Positions 28,881 to 43,250 of a stretch of 64,000 bases of DNA are shown piece by piece (the first letter of the stretch is position 1; every line of letters begins with the position of its first letter). This stretch comes from Octopus sinensis (lineage: Eukaryota): positions 82,646,001 through 82,710,000 of the forward strand of contig NC_043004.1 in NCBI RefSeq assembly GCF_006345805.1, in the 5' to 3' direction. The notes under the pieces are model-generated. The model was not told the origin of the DNA. It searched no databases and was given only the letters and a program-made list of their open reading frames with translations. The position numbers were made by a program, and so were the translations under genes.

Positions 28881-30150
28881 ATGGAACTAAAAGAAATACG
28901 ATTCTACAAACTACAACAATTTTATGGGAAAACTAATCTTTCTAAGACATCACTTATGAACATATCACTGAAATCTCTCAAATGTAAAAATATCTGTATC
29001 TCTGCCTTTTACATCCTGTATTCTGTATATCTGATTACAAACCCAATTATATATATGTATTATACAATAGAATCGTATCATCGCGAAACTGATAGAATAT
29101 TTGTACATATGTATGCATTATTTCTTCAGTTTGTCATTTCACTCTACTGTCTGATCAAATTCTTCCGAAAATCTAACGACAAGAAATACTCGAGCATTCA
29201 CCGAACTTACAATTACAAAGAGAGATGAAAAATTCTATAACACTAGCTTAATATTTCTTTTATATCACTTTCTATAGTTGATAATGCTGCCGCCTATTAT
29301 ACCAATACCATGGTATACGTTCTCCCGTTTTCATGAACACTGTTTTATATCTGATTACAAACCCAATTATATATATGTTTATACAATAGAATCGTATCAT
29401 CGCGAAACTGATAGAATATTTGTACATATGTATGCATTATTTCTTCAGTTTTTCATTTCACTCTACTGTCTGATCAAATTCTTCCGAAAATCTAACGACA
29501 AAGAAATACTCGAAGCATTCACCGAACTTACAATTAAAGAAGACGATGAAAAATTCTATAACACTAGCTTAATATTTTCTTTTATATCACTTTCTATAGT
29601 GATATTGCTGCCGCCTATTATACTCAATACCATGGTATACGTTCTCCCGTTTTTCATGAACACTGTTTGGAATTTCTCAACAACTATTTTCAAAACCAAC
29701 AAACTTCTTGACTTAATTATTTCATTAACCCACGTTTTATTTGATTGTATAGCACTCACGGGCATGCTATTTGATTGGTATATCAATCTCGCAATTGGAA
29801 CTGCACTGCAGTATGAATTTAATAAAGTAGCGTGCGAGGCTGAGAGATACGTAAAAGAAAAGCATTCAAATACTTCGTATTTCTTTAAGAAATATAAAGA
29901 GATTCCAGAAATATGTAACACACATGATACTCTGAGTAAAACACTGAATTTATTGAATGAATCATTTCAGTTGTCTTCAGGGTTGATCGCATTCAATAGT
30001 ATTACTGGATGTTGTATTGCTACTTATGTAATTATAAATGATTCATTAACAATTATACTCTCTGATTACGTTTTCGCTATGTTTGTGTCTTCGGTGATCA
30101 CGATGCAGTTGATCCGAATGGTGTGGATTGGGGTTCTTTTAAATAAATCG
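28881..30150 (+). pseudogene. GR-like receptor unit 3 with an internal 320-bp tandem duplication
   Basis: Starts MELKEIRFYK; 29026-29345 is repeated from 29346, and the first repeat carries 1-nt deletions; donor GTAAGT at 30151. Confidence 0.85.
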
Positions 30151-30605
30151 GTAAGTTATATAATAATATATAATCGTAATTTAATTTTAACTTCATTTTT
30201 ATTTTATTTTACATATTACATCATAAAAGATGTCGAATATTCTATCCCAATTTCATCGGTTTTTGAAGTTTCTTGATATCTTTCCTTCCGATATCCGTAT
30301 TACCACTTTTATTTCCCAAGTGTGAATATGAGATAGATCTGAAATAATGGATGAAAATCTTCCAACTCTACCAGTATGGTTATTATCACTACAGGCATTC
30401 TACTCACTCTCACATTCCATCATTCATTCTTTCACACTTTCTCTCTCTTGGTCGTCGGCCTTAACTACCATTCTTCGTGAAACGTCTTAGGACCGCCAAA
30501 CAAAATCTCGCTTATCCAACAAATGCAGAAGGCTTGAGTGAAGGGTTAGAAAACTAGTCACATGGATGCGCTATTGTCCCGTTTCAGCAAAGGTTCTATT
30601 TTTAG

Positions 30606-30791
30606 GACACACTTGAAAAACATTCTAATAACTTGAATAACAATGACTCATCTGTTAAACAATTTTTGGAAAACGTCAATTTTAATTTATGAATGCTGTT
30701 TGGATCATTCGGCATTTCCTTATAGTTTACTTCCTGTTCTTCTTACCAGAAATTGGGATTTATAGCTGGAAACACAGCTAGTACCACCATC
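30606..30791 (+). other. Candidate degenerate downstream exon of unit 3
   Basis: ttttag|GAC acceptor; DTLEKHSNNLNNNDSSVKQFLENVNFNL*..WIIRHFLIVYFLFFL; homologues at 41700-41785, 50943-51060 and 55925-56060. Confidence 0.35.
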
Positions 30792-31246
30792 AAACGAATG
30801 AATATTGAAGTGGGAGAAATGTAAGGTTGGGACTTTTCTGTTCAAACGGACAAGAAGTTAGACCGGACATAGCAATTATAGATAAGTAATTGGTTACTAG
30901 TTGACCCAACATGCCTGTTTGATACAGGATCGCAAAGAAAGAGGGAGAAAAGGTAGAAATTACAATTACTTAAAGTTTGAAATAGGAAGAATTTGGAGCA
31001 TGCGAACACATTTTTTTCATATCTAATTTTTTCTATATTTTACTTTTTTAATTCCGCTCCTTTTTTCTCCAAAACCTAGGACTTTTTAAGACATACGTCT
31101 TCAGTGTCTTTCCAAAATTTCCAACCCAGAAGTTTCTCTTCAATCTGTCTCACGTACTCCCTTGTATTTCCTTCTTGTCCTTTTCTCTAATTACGCACTT
31201 CATCACCTGTTCTTTATTAACTGCCTTTAGTGGTGTTCTGTAAATA

Positions 31247-31600
31247 TTACGTTGCCCGGAAAGTTCGTGCCGGTTTTTAAAGGAAAGAAAAAGGTCAATA
31301 AATACCTGCCAGTACATTTTTAATCAGCCAAATATGAACCATTTTGTTGCACAATGCATCTCCATCTTTCCTTTAAATTGAAAATACCCTCTTCTCAGAA
31401 TTGAGGTGGTTTCATGGCAAAGAATTTATCTGGGTATCTTTTTACGTCAATCAGGGAATTGAATTTTTACCATTAAGACTATTCTGCGAAGACATGTATA
31501 GGTGGAAATCCGAAAGAGCAATATGTGGTGAATATGGAGGGTGGGGTAACACATCTAGGCCGAGCTGCAGCAATTTTTGTCTGGTTCCCAAAGCATCAAG
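31247..31600 (-). mobile_element. Mariner transposase 3' fragment with terminus
   Basis: Minus strand gives LDVLPHPPYSPHIALSDFHL (YSPDLAP-like) and ERWRCIVQQNGSY. Confidence 0.8.
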
Positions 31601-31689
31601 TGCCGAAAATAAACTTTCTAATTTTCCATTTTAAAGGGTTATAGGAACATAAACCTTCTTCCACGAGAAAATAGCTTAAACTGTGCTCT

Positions 31690-32016
31690 AAATAGAGGTG
31701 TAGTCAAATCCTATTTTATGGACTCAACCATGTTTCTAAAATAAGTCGAAATATGAGCCATATCAAGATAAATCGTCAGGCATTAAGGAACATGCTTAGC
31801 TGGTTAAGGTCAAACAACTGACAAGCAAATCTATGGTATTGAGCAAAATATTTGCTATAGCCCATCTTTTATACGAAGACAAAACAATGTACATGATAAC
31901 ACTTTCAATCAGTTAAGATCAGAAGCCACGAGAGCCACTGCCTTGTACTGCATCAGAGCATTTATTATTATTATTGTTATTATTATTACTATTATTATTG
32001 TTATTATTATTATCAA

Positions 32017-32076
<60 letters not shown>

Positions 32077-32535
32077 CAATATTATCATCATCATCATTAT
32101 TATTATTATCATTATTTTCCGGACAACCCAATACTTTACTAAACATTTTCTTTCCATCTGTACACATTCTTTTATTGCTATTAAGCCTCTTCCGATGGTG
32201 GGCTCCAGACATTGTCAACAACTTCCTAATTTTTCTGTCAAATTTTTTTCGTATCGTTTCTGATTCAGTCTATAATTCCAACTCCATATCTGATTAAGGC
32301 AAACTGTTCTTGAATTTATTGCTTCCATAAGATTTTGGGAATTCAGTTTCTTGACTCTCCTTGTGTACTCCCTGCTGATAATTTGTATAATTTCTTAAAT
32401 TATTATCTCGTATGCTTCCCGGATTCCCAAACACTTATACCTCTGCCGTTTCTCAACCGCTCTCATTGTTTTCCCACTTGACATTTCAATTCCCTAGCTT
32501 CCTTCAAATCTTCCTCATTATTATTATTATTATTA

Positions 32536-32581
<46 letters not shown>

Positions 32582-32589
32582 CATTATTA

Positions 32590-32633
<44 letters not shown>

Positions 32634-33389
32634 GAGTGAGAGAGCAGTGCATGCCATCAAAGTGACACTGGGGTAAAATATATGAAGCCCAGTATACCCA
32701 TCATGACTACCCGTCTGATAAGGGTACACCAGGCACATGCATCACAACCATATGTGCGCAACATGGTGATCTCATATCAAGATAAACAGCACATGACCTT
32801 GCAGGTGGGGGCCCAGTTAGAATTCTTTCAGTTTGAGTAACCCATCCCGCTCAAAAGGTCCTGAATAAGGATTGTTTAAGGATGTTGAAAGAACCACCCA
32901 TGTTTCAGATGTGAATTATTCAAACCAAAAGATAATCCTCTCAACACATGGCTATGATGCTGAGTTCTCTCTTTTTCGAGTTATTCAGCATTCCAACGTC
33001 TCATACGTTCAATAAGCATTTTCTCCATGTCTTTGCTATTCCACAACATATTATTATTGTTGTATTATTGTTGTTGTTGCTGTTGTGTTGTTGTTGTGTT
33101 GTTGTTGTTGGTGTTGTTCTTCTTTTCTTCTTTTCTTTCTTCTTCGTCTTATTATTAGTATTATTATTATAGTATTATTAAGATCAAACAACTGACAAGC
33201 AAATCTATGGTATTGAGCAAAATATTTGCTGTAGCTCATTTTATACGAAGACAAAACAATGTACATGATATCACTTTCAATCAGTTAAGATCAGAAGCCA
33301 CGAGAGCCACTGCCTGGTACTGCATCAGAGCATTATTATATTATTATTATTATATTATTATTATTATTTTATTATTATCAATATTATTA

Positions 33390-33432
<43 letters not shown>

Positions 33433-33452
33433 CAATATTATCATCATCATCA

Positions 33453-33504
<52 letters not shown>

Positions 33505-33960
33505 CATTATTATTATATTATCATTATTATTATTATTATTACTATATTATTATAAATCTTCCTCATTATTATTAGTATGTTGTTAAATACCCCATTTGGC
33601 ATTACAATTTTCATTTTAAATCTTCTTCTTTTCGCCTTAAATATAGCGCACTTTCCTACTCTTAATTCGATACCAGCGCCATTTGAGAAAATACATATGG
33701 CATATACAGGACTTGCAAACTGTTAATCATTTTTTTGCATAAACCTTTATATTATTCAATTCCTTTCACTTAATTCTAAGCACTTTGCGTGGTATCATAG
33801 CGAACAGTCTCGGGGCCAATACGAATTGTAATGGATATAAGCTAATAAGCTATCTCCTTGGAATATTCCACGTCTGAGTTTCTCCTTTTCGAGTTTTATT
33901 CAGCATTCCAACGTCTCATACGTTCAATAAGCATTTTCTCCATGTCTTTTGCTATTCCAA
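31690..33960 (-). mobile_element. Fragments of an R4/Dong-like non-LTR RT interspersed with (ATT)n tracts and local duplications
   Basis: KLNSQNLMEAINSRTVCLIRYGVGII...FDRKIRK at 32200-32350; 31808-31950 is duplicated at 33183-33330; 32978-33045 is duplicated at 33890-33960. Confidence 0.6.
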
Positions 33961-33997
33961 ACATATTTATTATTGTTGTTATTATTGTTGTTGTTGC

Positions 33998-34031
<34 letters not shown>

Positions 34032-34034
34032 CTT

Positions 34035-34089
<55 letters not shown>

Positions 34090-34111
<22 letters not shown>

Positions 34112-35985
34112 CTATTTCGTTACTACCCACAAGGGGCTAAACATAGAGAGGACAAACAAGGATTCACAAACGGATCAAGTCAATTATATCGACCCCAGTG
34201 CATAACTGGTACTTAATTTATGGACCTCGAAATGATGAAAGGCAAAGTCGACCTCGACGGAATTTGAACTCAGAATGTAACGGCAGACGAAATACGGCTA
34301 CGCATTTCGCCCGGCGTGCTAACGTTTCTGCCAGCTCGCCGCCTTTTATTATTATTATCCTCCTCCTCCTCATCATTATTATTATATGTTTGACTTTTGC
34401 TTTTTATTTAAACAAGTTGGCTCCAAGTCTCACCCAGGGACCTCATGAGACAAGTTAAAAGATCATGTTGGTGTTATGCCTAGGATGTCATATATTTGGC
34501 TTTCACATAGTATTGTTCTAGAGAATTATATAAGAAAACATATAAATACTGGGTAGGGGATATATTGGCTGCTATGTTTATGTAGACGTGTGAGAGACCA
34601 GGTAGAGGCTCTTTCATTGGTTTGATTGCGTGATGAGATTTTTTTACACGTACAGGTATAATATGCATATATATCATCGGTAGAAGTTAGAGATTAAATT
34701 AAAACCTGAGAGTTTCGTGTATTGGCACTTATCAAACATGAATTTGTCCATTGTCACTCTGTAACTTGTGACGAAATAACTTCGAAAATACAAAATTTTG
34801 TCAAAAACAGTAAGTGTAAACCCTGTTGTATGTGACACCTTGTACCAGTATTGGAAGTTTCAAAGTGTTTAGTTAAAAAAATAATAATTAAATAGTCTGT
34901 ACGTCAAATTGAGCAAATCCGAAATGGATAAAAAAGCAAAGTCGACCTCGGCGGAATTTGAACTTAAACCGGACACATTGGCGAATACCTATATCTTTAC
35001 TCCGCACAAGGGGCTAAACACAGGGAGGACTTATTATTATTATTATTATTATCTATTTCGTTACTAACACCCCACAAGGGGCTAAACATAGAGAGGACAA
35101 ACAAGGATTCACAAACGGATCAAGTCAATTCTCATATCGACCCATATCCGACCCAGTGCATAACTGGTACTTAATTTATGGACCTCTCGAAATGATGAAA
35201 GGCAAAGTCGACCTCGACGGAATTTGAACTCAGATGTAACGCAGACGAAATACGGCTACGCATTTCGCCCGGCGTGCTAACGTTTCTGCCAGCTCGCCGC
35301 CTTTTTATTATTATCCTCCTCCTCATCATCATTATTATTATATGTTTGACTTTTGCTTTTTTATTTAAACAAGTTGGCTCCAAGTCTCCCCCAGGGACCT
35401 CATGAGACAAGTTAAAAGATCATGTTGGTGTTATGCCTAGGATGTCATATATTTGGCTTTCACATAGTATTGTTCTAGAGAATTATATAAGAAAACATAT
35501 AAATACTGGGTAGGGGATATATTGGCTGCTATGTTTAGCGTGTCGAGAGACCAGGTAGAGGCTCTTTCATTGGTTTGATTGCGTGATGAGATTTTTTTAC
35601 ACGTACAGGTATAATATGCATATATATCATCGGTAGAAGTTAGAGATTAAATTAAAACCTGAGAGTTTCGTGTATTGGCACTTATCAAACATGAATTTGT
35701 CCATTGTCCCTCTGTAACTTGTGACGAAATAACTCTCGAAAATACAAAATTTTGTCAAAACCGTAAGTGTAAACCCTGTTGTATGTGACACCTTGTACCA
35801 GTATTGGAAGTTTCAAAGTGTTTAGTTAAAAAAATAATAATTAAATAGTCTGTACGTCAAATTGAGCAAATCCGAAATGGATAAAAAAGCAAAGTCGACC
35901 TCGGCGGAATTTGAACTTAAAACGGACACATTGGCGAAATACCTATATCTTTACTCCGCACAAGGGGCTAAACACAGGGAGGACA
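34090..35985. repeat. Tandem duplication with ~951-bp period
   Basis: atctatttcgttact at 34100 and 35051; units are near-identical apart from small indels. Confidence 0.9.
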
Positions 35986-36689
35986 AACACGGATAGACAA
36001 ACGGATTAAGTCAATTATACCGACTGGTACTTATTTAATCGACCCGAAAGGATGTAAGGCAGAGTCAATTTCGGCGGAATTTGAACTCAGAACGAAGCGG
36101 CAGACGAAATACAGCTACGCATTTCGCCCGGCGTGCTAACGTATCTACCAGCTCACCGCCTTAGAACGTAAACATTCATTTTAACAATATAATCTTTATT
36201 CTTATAGCTAAAGCGTTATTTCCTTACTCACTTACACGAAATTTCATGGTATTTCAGCCCATTAACTTATCTTCTACTAATTTTTGTTCAATGCTACTAA
36301 CGTTTCTAAATTCCTCATACATTTTTCTATTATTTAAGCCTAAGGAAAGTGTATTTTTATTTTAAAATTAAAAAGTTTATGTTAATTGAAGGTGAATAGG
36401 TGCCTCACTGCCCCCCCCAACCCCTTGAGGTCGCAGATATTTTGATGTAACATTTTTTCTACTGAACCAAAACTCAAACTATTTATGCCAAAGTGTAGCT
36501 GAGAAGGTGTCCACTTTAAAACTTTTAATAGTTTTCAGTGTAGTTCAGAACTGAATTAGTGGTGAAGCTTGGAAGCTGCTGCAATTGACGAAATGGTGGA
36601 CTTAAGAATATTTTCAACCACTACCGTAGAAGAATTATTATTATTGTTACTATAATTACGATAATTACTATTACTATTATTATTACTAT

Positions 36690-38060
36690 TATTATTATTA
36701 TTATTACTTTTAATCTGCATATGTTTGTTCCAGTCGCTTGCCCTGAGACACCCTGCATCTTGGGGCGAGTGAAGGATAAGAGATGTTACTGAAAGCTTGG
36801 GGAGGGGAGGTAGTAAAATATCTTCATGCAATGCAATACCAACATTTAAATGGATAGGATTTTTCTAAAGATGCGGGCAGTACTTGTTAGCCAATCTTTT
36901 GGATTTCTCTGAGACATGGTTCACTCTGGATATTACCTTGATGTTTCTAACATCCCCCTTTTATCCTACCTAGGGCTCCTACAATAACAGGAACAGTTCT
37001 TGTTTTAAGATGCCACATCTTTTGTATTTAAATTTCCATGTCCTTATATTTAATTAGTTTGTCAAATTCCTTTACAGATATATTTTTAACGCGGGGTACA
37101 CTTACAGCTATTAGTGTACAAGTCGTTTCTTTCCTGTCTTTAATAATTATGTCTGGTCAATTAATCTGGAACGTTCTGTCAGTGTTGACTGGAAAATCCC
37201 AGAGTATAGTGACATTTTTACCTTCACCGACTGGCTCAGGATGATGTTCATACCAGTAAGCAGGAGTGTTAATTTTGTAGTGTTTACATATTTTCCAATG
37301 TAAATACTGTCGTACCCTATCGTGGCGATTTTTATATTCGTTTGATGTCAGTAAAATGCTTCTCCAGACTAGATGGTCTATTGCTTCGTCAAATGTGTCG
37401 CGGAACCTGCAGTTAGGGTCCCAACAGGTTTGAAGAAGGTTAGCCTGGTAGATTTTTCTTAGCAAGCTTTTGTCTTTTGCCGCCAATATGAAACCTTCAG
37501 TCTCTGTTTTCAGTTCTGAACTTCTCAGCCACTGATGGGTTGTTGATTGATCTACGTCAGAATTTCGATTTCGAAGTATATACTGACCATGCAGAGGCTT
37601 CTAGCTCCATCGCTTCGCAATTTGTTTCTGCCTGTTCTTTTTTTGCAGTCTGCTTGATCCATTTAGTTTGTTTTGTGCCAGTGATTTCAATTTTTTCAAC
37701 TATTTCAAGATTAATGCAATGTTCTCTTGCGAATTTACAAGCTTCATTGACAATCAAATGTGAGTTTTACTGCTCCCGTGTTTGTACACAAGTTTCAGCG
37801 TACAGTCCTCTGTACTAGATAAATACCTTTTCATTTCTATAGTGGAGTTCTTGCAGGACAGTTCTACCTGCATCATTCATCTTACTACATGACTTCTAGG
37901 TAGGTACTGACGATCAACATCTGCTTTTGGGTGGTGCATGTTCCTAGAAATTAGTATTTTTCTTGTCTTCTTCTCCAGAAATTGGAGCTCTGAAAGATTC
38001 CAGGTAATGAGTTAAAACTGTATTGGACTACTGAAAGTTCAAGGGTTTTAATGGAGTTGA
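36690..38060 (-). mobile_element. R4/Dong/NeSL-like non-LTR element 3' part with restriction-like endonuclease
   Basis: YKNRHDRVRQYLHW, TILWDFPVNTDR, NRPDIII and VPVIVGALG motifs. Confidence 0.8.
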
Positions 38061-38101
38061 TACGATTTTTCGAGCTCATTTTTTAGTATGAGTCTTATTC
38101 C

Positions 38102-38102
<1 letters not shown>

Positions 38103-38162
<60 letters not shown>

Positions 38163-38183
38163 ACTACCACCACCACCACCACC

Positions 38184-38244
<61 letters not shown>

Positions 38245-38262
38245 TTACTACTACTACTACTT
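38103..38262. repeat. Compound (TAC)n/(CAC)n microsatellite
   Basis: Direct reading. Confidence 0.95.
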
Positions 38263-38309
38263 TTTCTTATTTTCATTTTTATTATGAAAGCATCTCGGAT
38301 AGTTCTTAA

Positions 38310-38810
38310 TTACCGGTTATTCTTTACTTGACAGCAGGCAGCAACAAATCACGAAAGGTTTCAAGTACTCCCTTCTTCTGTGACTCAAAGAGATAATACT
38401 CTCCTTAGAATGCGTGCTGTACCCAACAATGACGTCTGCTGGATCACCTCGAGCCTGACCGCAGCTCGAATATTCTTAATATGTTTTTCATAGCCCTTGG
38501 AAACTGCTCCTAATGCTCCAATTACCACCGGTATCACCATTACTTTCCTCTTGCCCCATAACTTTCCTATCTAGTCCCGCAGTGGCTGTTATTTCTCAAT
38601 CTTTTGTTTTTTTATCTTTCACCATCTGATCGCCTGGTATTGCAAAATCTATTATCTTTGTTTCTTTCTCATTTTTATGGATGAACACGATATCTGGTCG
38701 TTTTGCCTCTATGACTTGGATGCACTGAATGTTAAAATCTAAGAGTGTCTTGTAATGCTCGTTTTCCATTACTCCCTCTGGCTTGTCGTCATACGATTGC
38801 TCTGTTCTCT
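38310..38810 (-). mobile_element. Second R4-like REL endonuclease fragment
   Basis: LLDFNIQC..VIEAKRPDIVFIHKNEKETKIIDFAIPGD; VIPVVIGALG. Confidence 0.75.
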
Positions 38811-39458
38811 CGAGGTTTGCTTTAACGCAAAAGAGCCAATGGACACATCCAGTAAGCATCATGGTCTTTGGTGTGATCACCAGTGATGGTGACGTTATCC
38901 TTCTATTCATCTTCCTACACGGGCTCAGACTCAACACGGTGGCCTACATTAAGTGTCTCGAAGCATTACTGCTGCTCTGGGTCAAGAGGGTGGCTGCTAG
39001 AAAACCCTATATCTGGCAAAAGAATTTTGCACCATGCCACACTAGCAGGAGAACACAGTCAAGGCTGTAAGGCAATTTCTGCAGCCACATCGACACTAAC
39101 ATCTGACCACCTAATTTCCCAGACTGCAAACTCCTTGATTATTATGTGTGGGGTGCAGTTGAGCGAGAGACAAAAAAAACTCCATGTAACACCAAAGATG
39201 AACTGAAAGCAAGGATTATGTCAGCATTTACCATCTTAAACAAGGAGACCGTCCAGAGGAGTTGTAGGAGATCGCAAAAATCATCTGGAGTTTGTGGCTG
39301 AAGACAATGGCGATTTTATTGGATATCTTTACTCTGTAATATTCTAATATATTTCTATGTAATTTTGGCAGAATTATCTGTCAAAATTAGATATCAGTGT
39401 TCATTTCATTTTCGCGTAATTCAGAATTCAGACTATAGTTAATTGATCGCACCCTGTA
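38811..39458 (+). mobile_element. Tc1/mariner-superfamily (maT-like) transposase 3' fragment with terminus
   Basis: SIMVFGVITSDG, WQKNFAPCHTS and PPNFPDCKLLDYYVWG; ends in CACCCTG followed by TA. Confidence 0.75.
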
Positions 39459-39460
39459 AT

Positions 39461-39501
<41 letters not shown>

Positions 39502-39596
39502 TTAATCCAAACAAGAAAACACAAAAAAATAACAACGCGAGGACGTGAAACAAATATGGTATTATTGGACGCTCAGGAAAGAAGGGAAGAAAGAGG

Positions 39597-39632
39597 GTTT
39601 AACGTTTCGACCGGAGCTCTTCGTCGGAAACA
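39597..39632 (-). ncRNA. Degenerate minimal type I hammerhead ribozyme
   Basis: Minus strand reads gttt-CCGACGA-agagctccggtc-GAAAC-GTT-aaac; U4C change and imperfect stem II. Confidence 0.45.
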
Positions 39633-39742
39633 TAGGAGAAGGAAAGATCCAGAGAAAGGAAGACAGAAGAAAAAAAATCGCCAACGGTACACACGAGGTC
39701 ACACACACACACACACACACCATATATATATAATATATATAT

Positions 39743-39797
<55 letters not shown>

Positions 39798-40007
39798 TAT
39801 ATGTATATATATATATGTATGTGTATATGGATGTATGGATGCATGTATGTGTGTGTGTGTGTATATATATATATATTGTGTGTGTTTCGTATATATATAT
39901 GTGTATATATATATATGTATATATATATATATCTAATATGTCGATATATATGTATATATGTATATGTATATGTACATATATGTATATATATATAATATAT
40001 ATATATT

Positions 40008-40047
<40 letters not shown>

Positions 40048-40415
40048 TATATACGTGTGTATATATATATATATATATATAATAAATATATATTCATCTT
40101 TCTGGATTTAATATAACTCATCTACGATTCATGGGTTTTAAGAAGCTTAGTTATCTGTATCTAATTTGTTATATATCTTAAGTCCATAAAACAGACTTAA
40201 AATAATCCCCACATTCAAACAATACAGATGACACTATATAACAGATACATTGCCAGGTCTTTCGTGACAAACGAATCCCTGGAATACTCGCAACTTATTA
40301 TAGAAGGAAACTTACTGAACTAGAGATCATACATAGAAATAGAGCTTGTGTGTTTTACGTCAGAGTGTTTTATTCTTTACATAGAACTTATGAAAAATAC
40401 ACAATTGCAAAAATT

Positions 40416-41366
40416 ATGGAACTGAAAGAAACACGATTTTATAGAATATTGCAAATTTATGAGAAGATGAATATATTTAGGATATTTATTAACAACATCT
40501 CATTGAAGTCTCTCAAATTTAGCACACTCTGCTTCTATGCTTTTTATATCGTGTACTTCGCATATCTGATTGTAAACCCCATCAAATATATTTATGATAC
40601 TATACAAATGGATCATATCCAAACTGATAGAATATTGGCATATATTTACACAATATTTTTACAGGGTTTGCTTTCACTCTACTGTTTGATCGGAATCTTC
40701 AGAAAATCTAAAAATAAACAAATCATCGATTTATTCACCAAACTTACAGTAGAAGAAAACGATAAAAAATTCTATAATTATAACTTAATGTTTTCTTTTA
40801 TTACTCTTTTTGTAGGGATATTTTTGCCTCTTATTCTTCTCTATATTTTTAACATTGTTCTCCCGTTTTTCATTGAGAATACTTGGAGTTCCGCACCAAT
40901 TCAATTAAAAACTACCAACAACCCTCTCTTAATACTTTTAATAATATACTTTGTATTTCATTGTATAACATTTACGTCCATGATGTTTGATTGGTATATG
41001 AATATTGCAGTTGGGACTGCATTGCTTTATGAGTTTAATAAAGTAGCGTACGAGGCTCAGAAATACGTAAACGAAAAGCAATCAGACACTTCGTATTTCT
41101 TTAAGAAATATAAAGAGATTACAGAAATATGTAACTCACATGATACTCTGAGTAGAATATTGAATTTAGTGAATGAAACATATCAGTTGACTTCGGGATT
41201 TGTCGTACTTGGCAGTCTTACTGGATGTTGTGTTATGACTTACTTCATAATAAATGGTTCATTTCAAATTCTATTCAATGAATACCCTACTATTATTTTG
41301 GTGAATTTTTTGAATTTGTCGTATTTGACGAGAATGGTTTGGATTGGTCTTCGCTTACATAATTCG
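40416..41366 (+). CDS. GR-like (7tm_7 / 7TM ion channel superfamily) receptor unit 4, intact long exon of 317 codons (TM1-TM6)
   Basis: Six hydrophobic segments; ALLYEFNKV after TM4; HDTLSRILNLVNETY fits the GR H-x2-L-x7-N-x2-F/Y motif; phase-0 donor CG|GTAAGT at 41367; acceptor AG at 40255-40256. Confidence 0.75.
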
Positions 41367-41611
41367 GTAAGTTACATAATAAATTTATATTATTCTCCAA
41401 CCTCATTTTAAAAATATATTTATAGTACATATTACATGAAAAAAATTGTCCACTTATCGTATTCGTCCATGTGTGAAAAGATTATGCTACGCCAATTTCA
41501 TCGTTTTCTTTTAATGTCACCTAATATCTTATAAAAGGCATTCCTCCTTCTCTTCCACTATGACGATTTTTCCATAGACATCCGAATCTCATTCTGTGAT
41601 CCCGTCATTAA

Positions 41612-41785
41612 CTCACCCTCTCTCGCTCTTTGTTTTGCGACTTAGCTACAATTAATCGTGAGATATCTCTTACGAAAGCCACACAAATTTCGCTTCATCA
41701 AGATTTTAGAAGACATCATTTTAAATTAGCAAATGCTCTTCTGATTATTTTACAGTTTCTAACAGTTTATTCTTTTATCTGTTAG
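41612..41785 (+). other. Short open frame ending ...FKLANALLIILQFLTVYSFIC*, a candidate TM7 remnant
   Basis: hhhhhQF resembles the GR terminal motif TYhhhhhQF; about 140 bp is deleted relative to the homologous block of unit 3. Confidence 0.3.
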
Positions 41786-42044
41786 GTATCTTACTGATAT
41801 ATTTATTTAGCCATATCTTGTCCTTGTAGTTGTTGTTGTTGTTCTTAATATTTATGCATAAAAACGCTGTTTCTAAGAATGTGTATACATCACCATACAT
41901 ACATACACGGACACGCACATACGCACACGCAAACACACACACACGTATATATATATACATATATATATATGCGCAAATGTGTGTATATGTCCTTGAGTAT
42001 ATATGTATATAGTGTTCTTATATATACGTATCCCTATATATATA

Positions 42045-42075
<31 letters not shown>

Positions 42076-42166
42076 CATACATACATATACATACATATAT
42101 ATACACACACAAACACACACAGATATGCACACACATGCACACACGTACACACACACACACACACAC

Positions 42167-42217
<51 letters not shown>

Positions 42218-42282
42218 GCCTGTTAATTTCATAATACTTATGATTAATTGGAAAATGATATTTCATTGGTATATCATTGGTA

Positions 42283-42725
42283 TATCACGTCGTCGTGAGC
42301 GCTACATCATCTGCATGATGTGGAAAATATTCCAGCAGCATTGCCCAAATGATGTTGGCATCACCTTTAGGGTACATCCAAGGCTTGGGCCCCGTGCCAT
42401 CCGCCCAAAACAAAAATCGCACTCTCATCTCATAACAACAATACGGCACAATTATTTCACCTCAATTGGCCCCGCTCTCTTTAACATTACACCAAAACAC
42501 ATTAAAACAGAAACTGACCCGATAGGGTTCAAGAAGTCTTTGGAAAGATTCCTTCAAGAAATCCCGGATAAACCCCCTACACCCGGATATGTCTCTGTAA
42601 ACAATAACTCTCTACTTGAGTGGGCCATAGTGCCCAAATTCTGACTTGAAAGACTTCACCAGGTGGTGCTATTAAGTTAGACATGGCCTGGGCCAATAAT
42701 GGCCGAAACCTATCAAAGTATCAAA
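42283..42725 (+). mobile_element. 3' fragment of a LINE of the 58905-61860 family
   Basis: RRRERYIICMMWKI...; same 3' end caggtggtgctattaagttagacatggcctgg...cgaaac. Confidence 0.85.
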
Positions 42726-42972
42726 TATTTTGGCAAAATTTTAATTTACCAGTTTACCAAATGTTTTACCATAAAGTATTCTTCGAATTAAGACAATAAT
42801 CTTGGTGTTTATACCCGTTTTTTTTACATGATTTTTTGCGACGAATATGATCGTCATTGAGGTTCGTCCAAACAAGTTAGAGATCTGTTCGCAGATCTTC
42901 CCATTCGGTATCAATTGCTTAAAAGCTATAAAATAGCTTAAACGCCACTCGATAGGGAGGCTTTTAGGCTAG

Positions 42973-43190
<218 letters not shown>

Positions 43191-43250
43191 TATATGTATA
43201 TATATATATATATTAACTAGAGATTGGTATGTATATATATATATATATAT

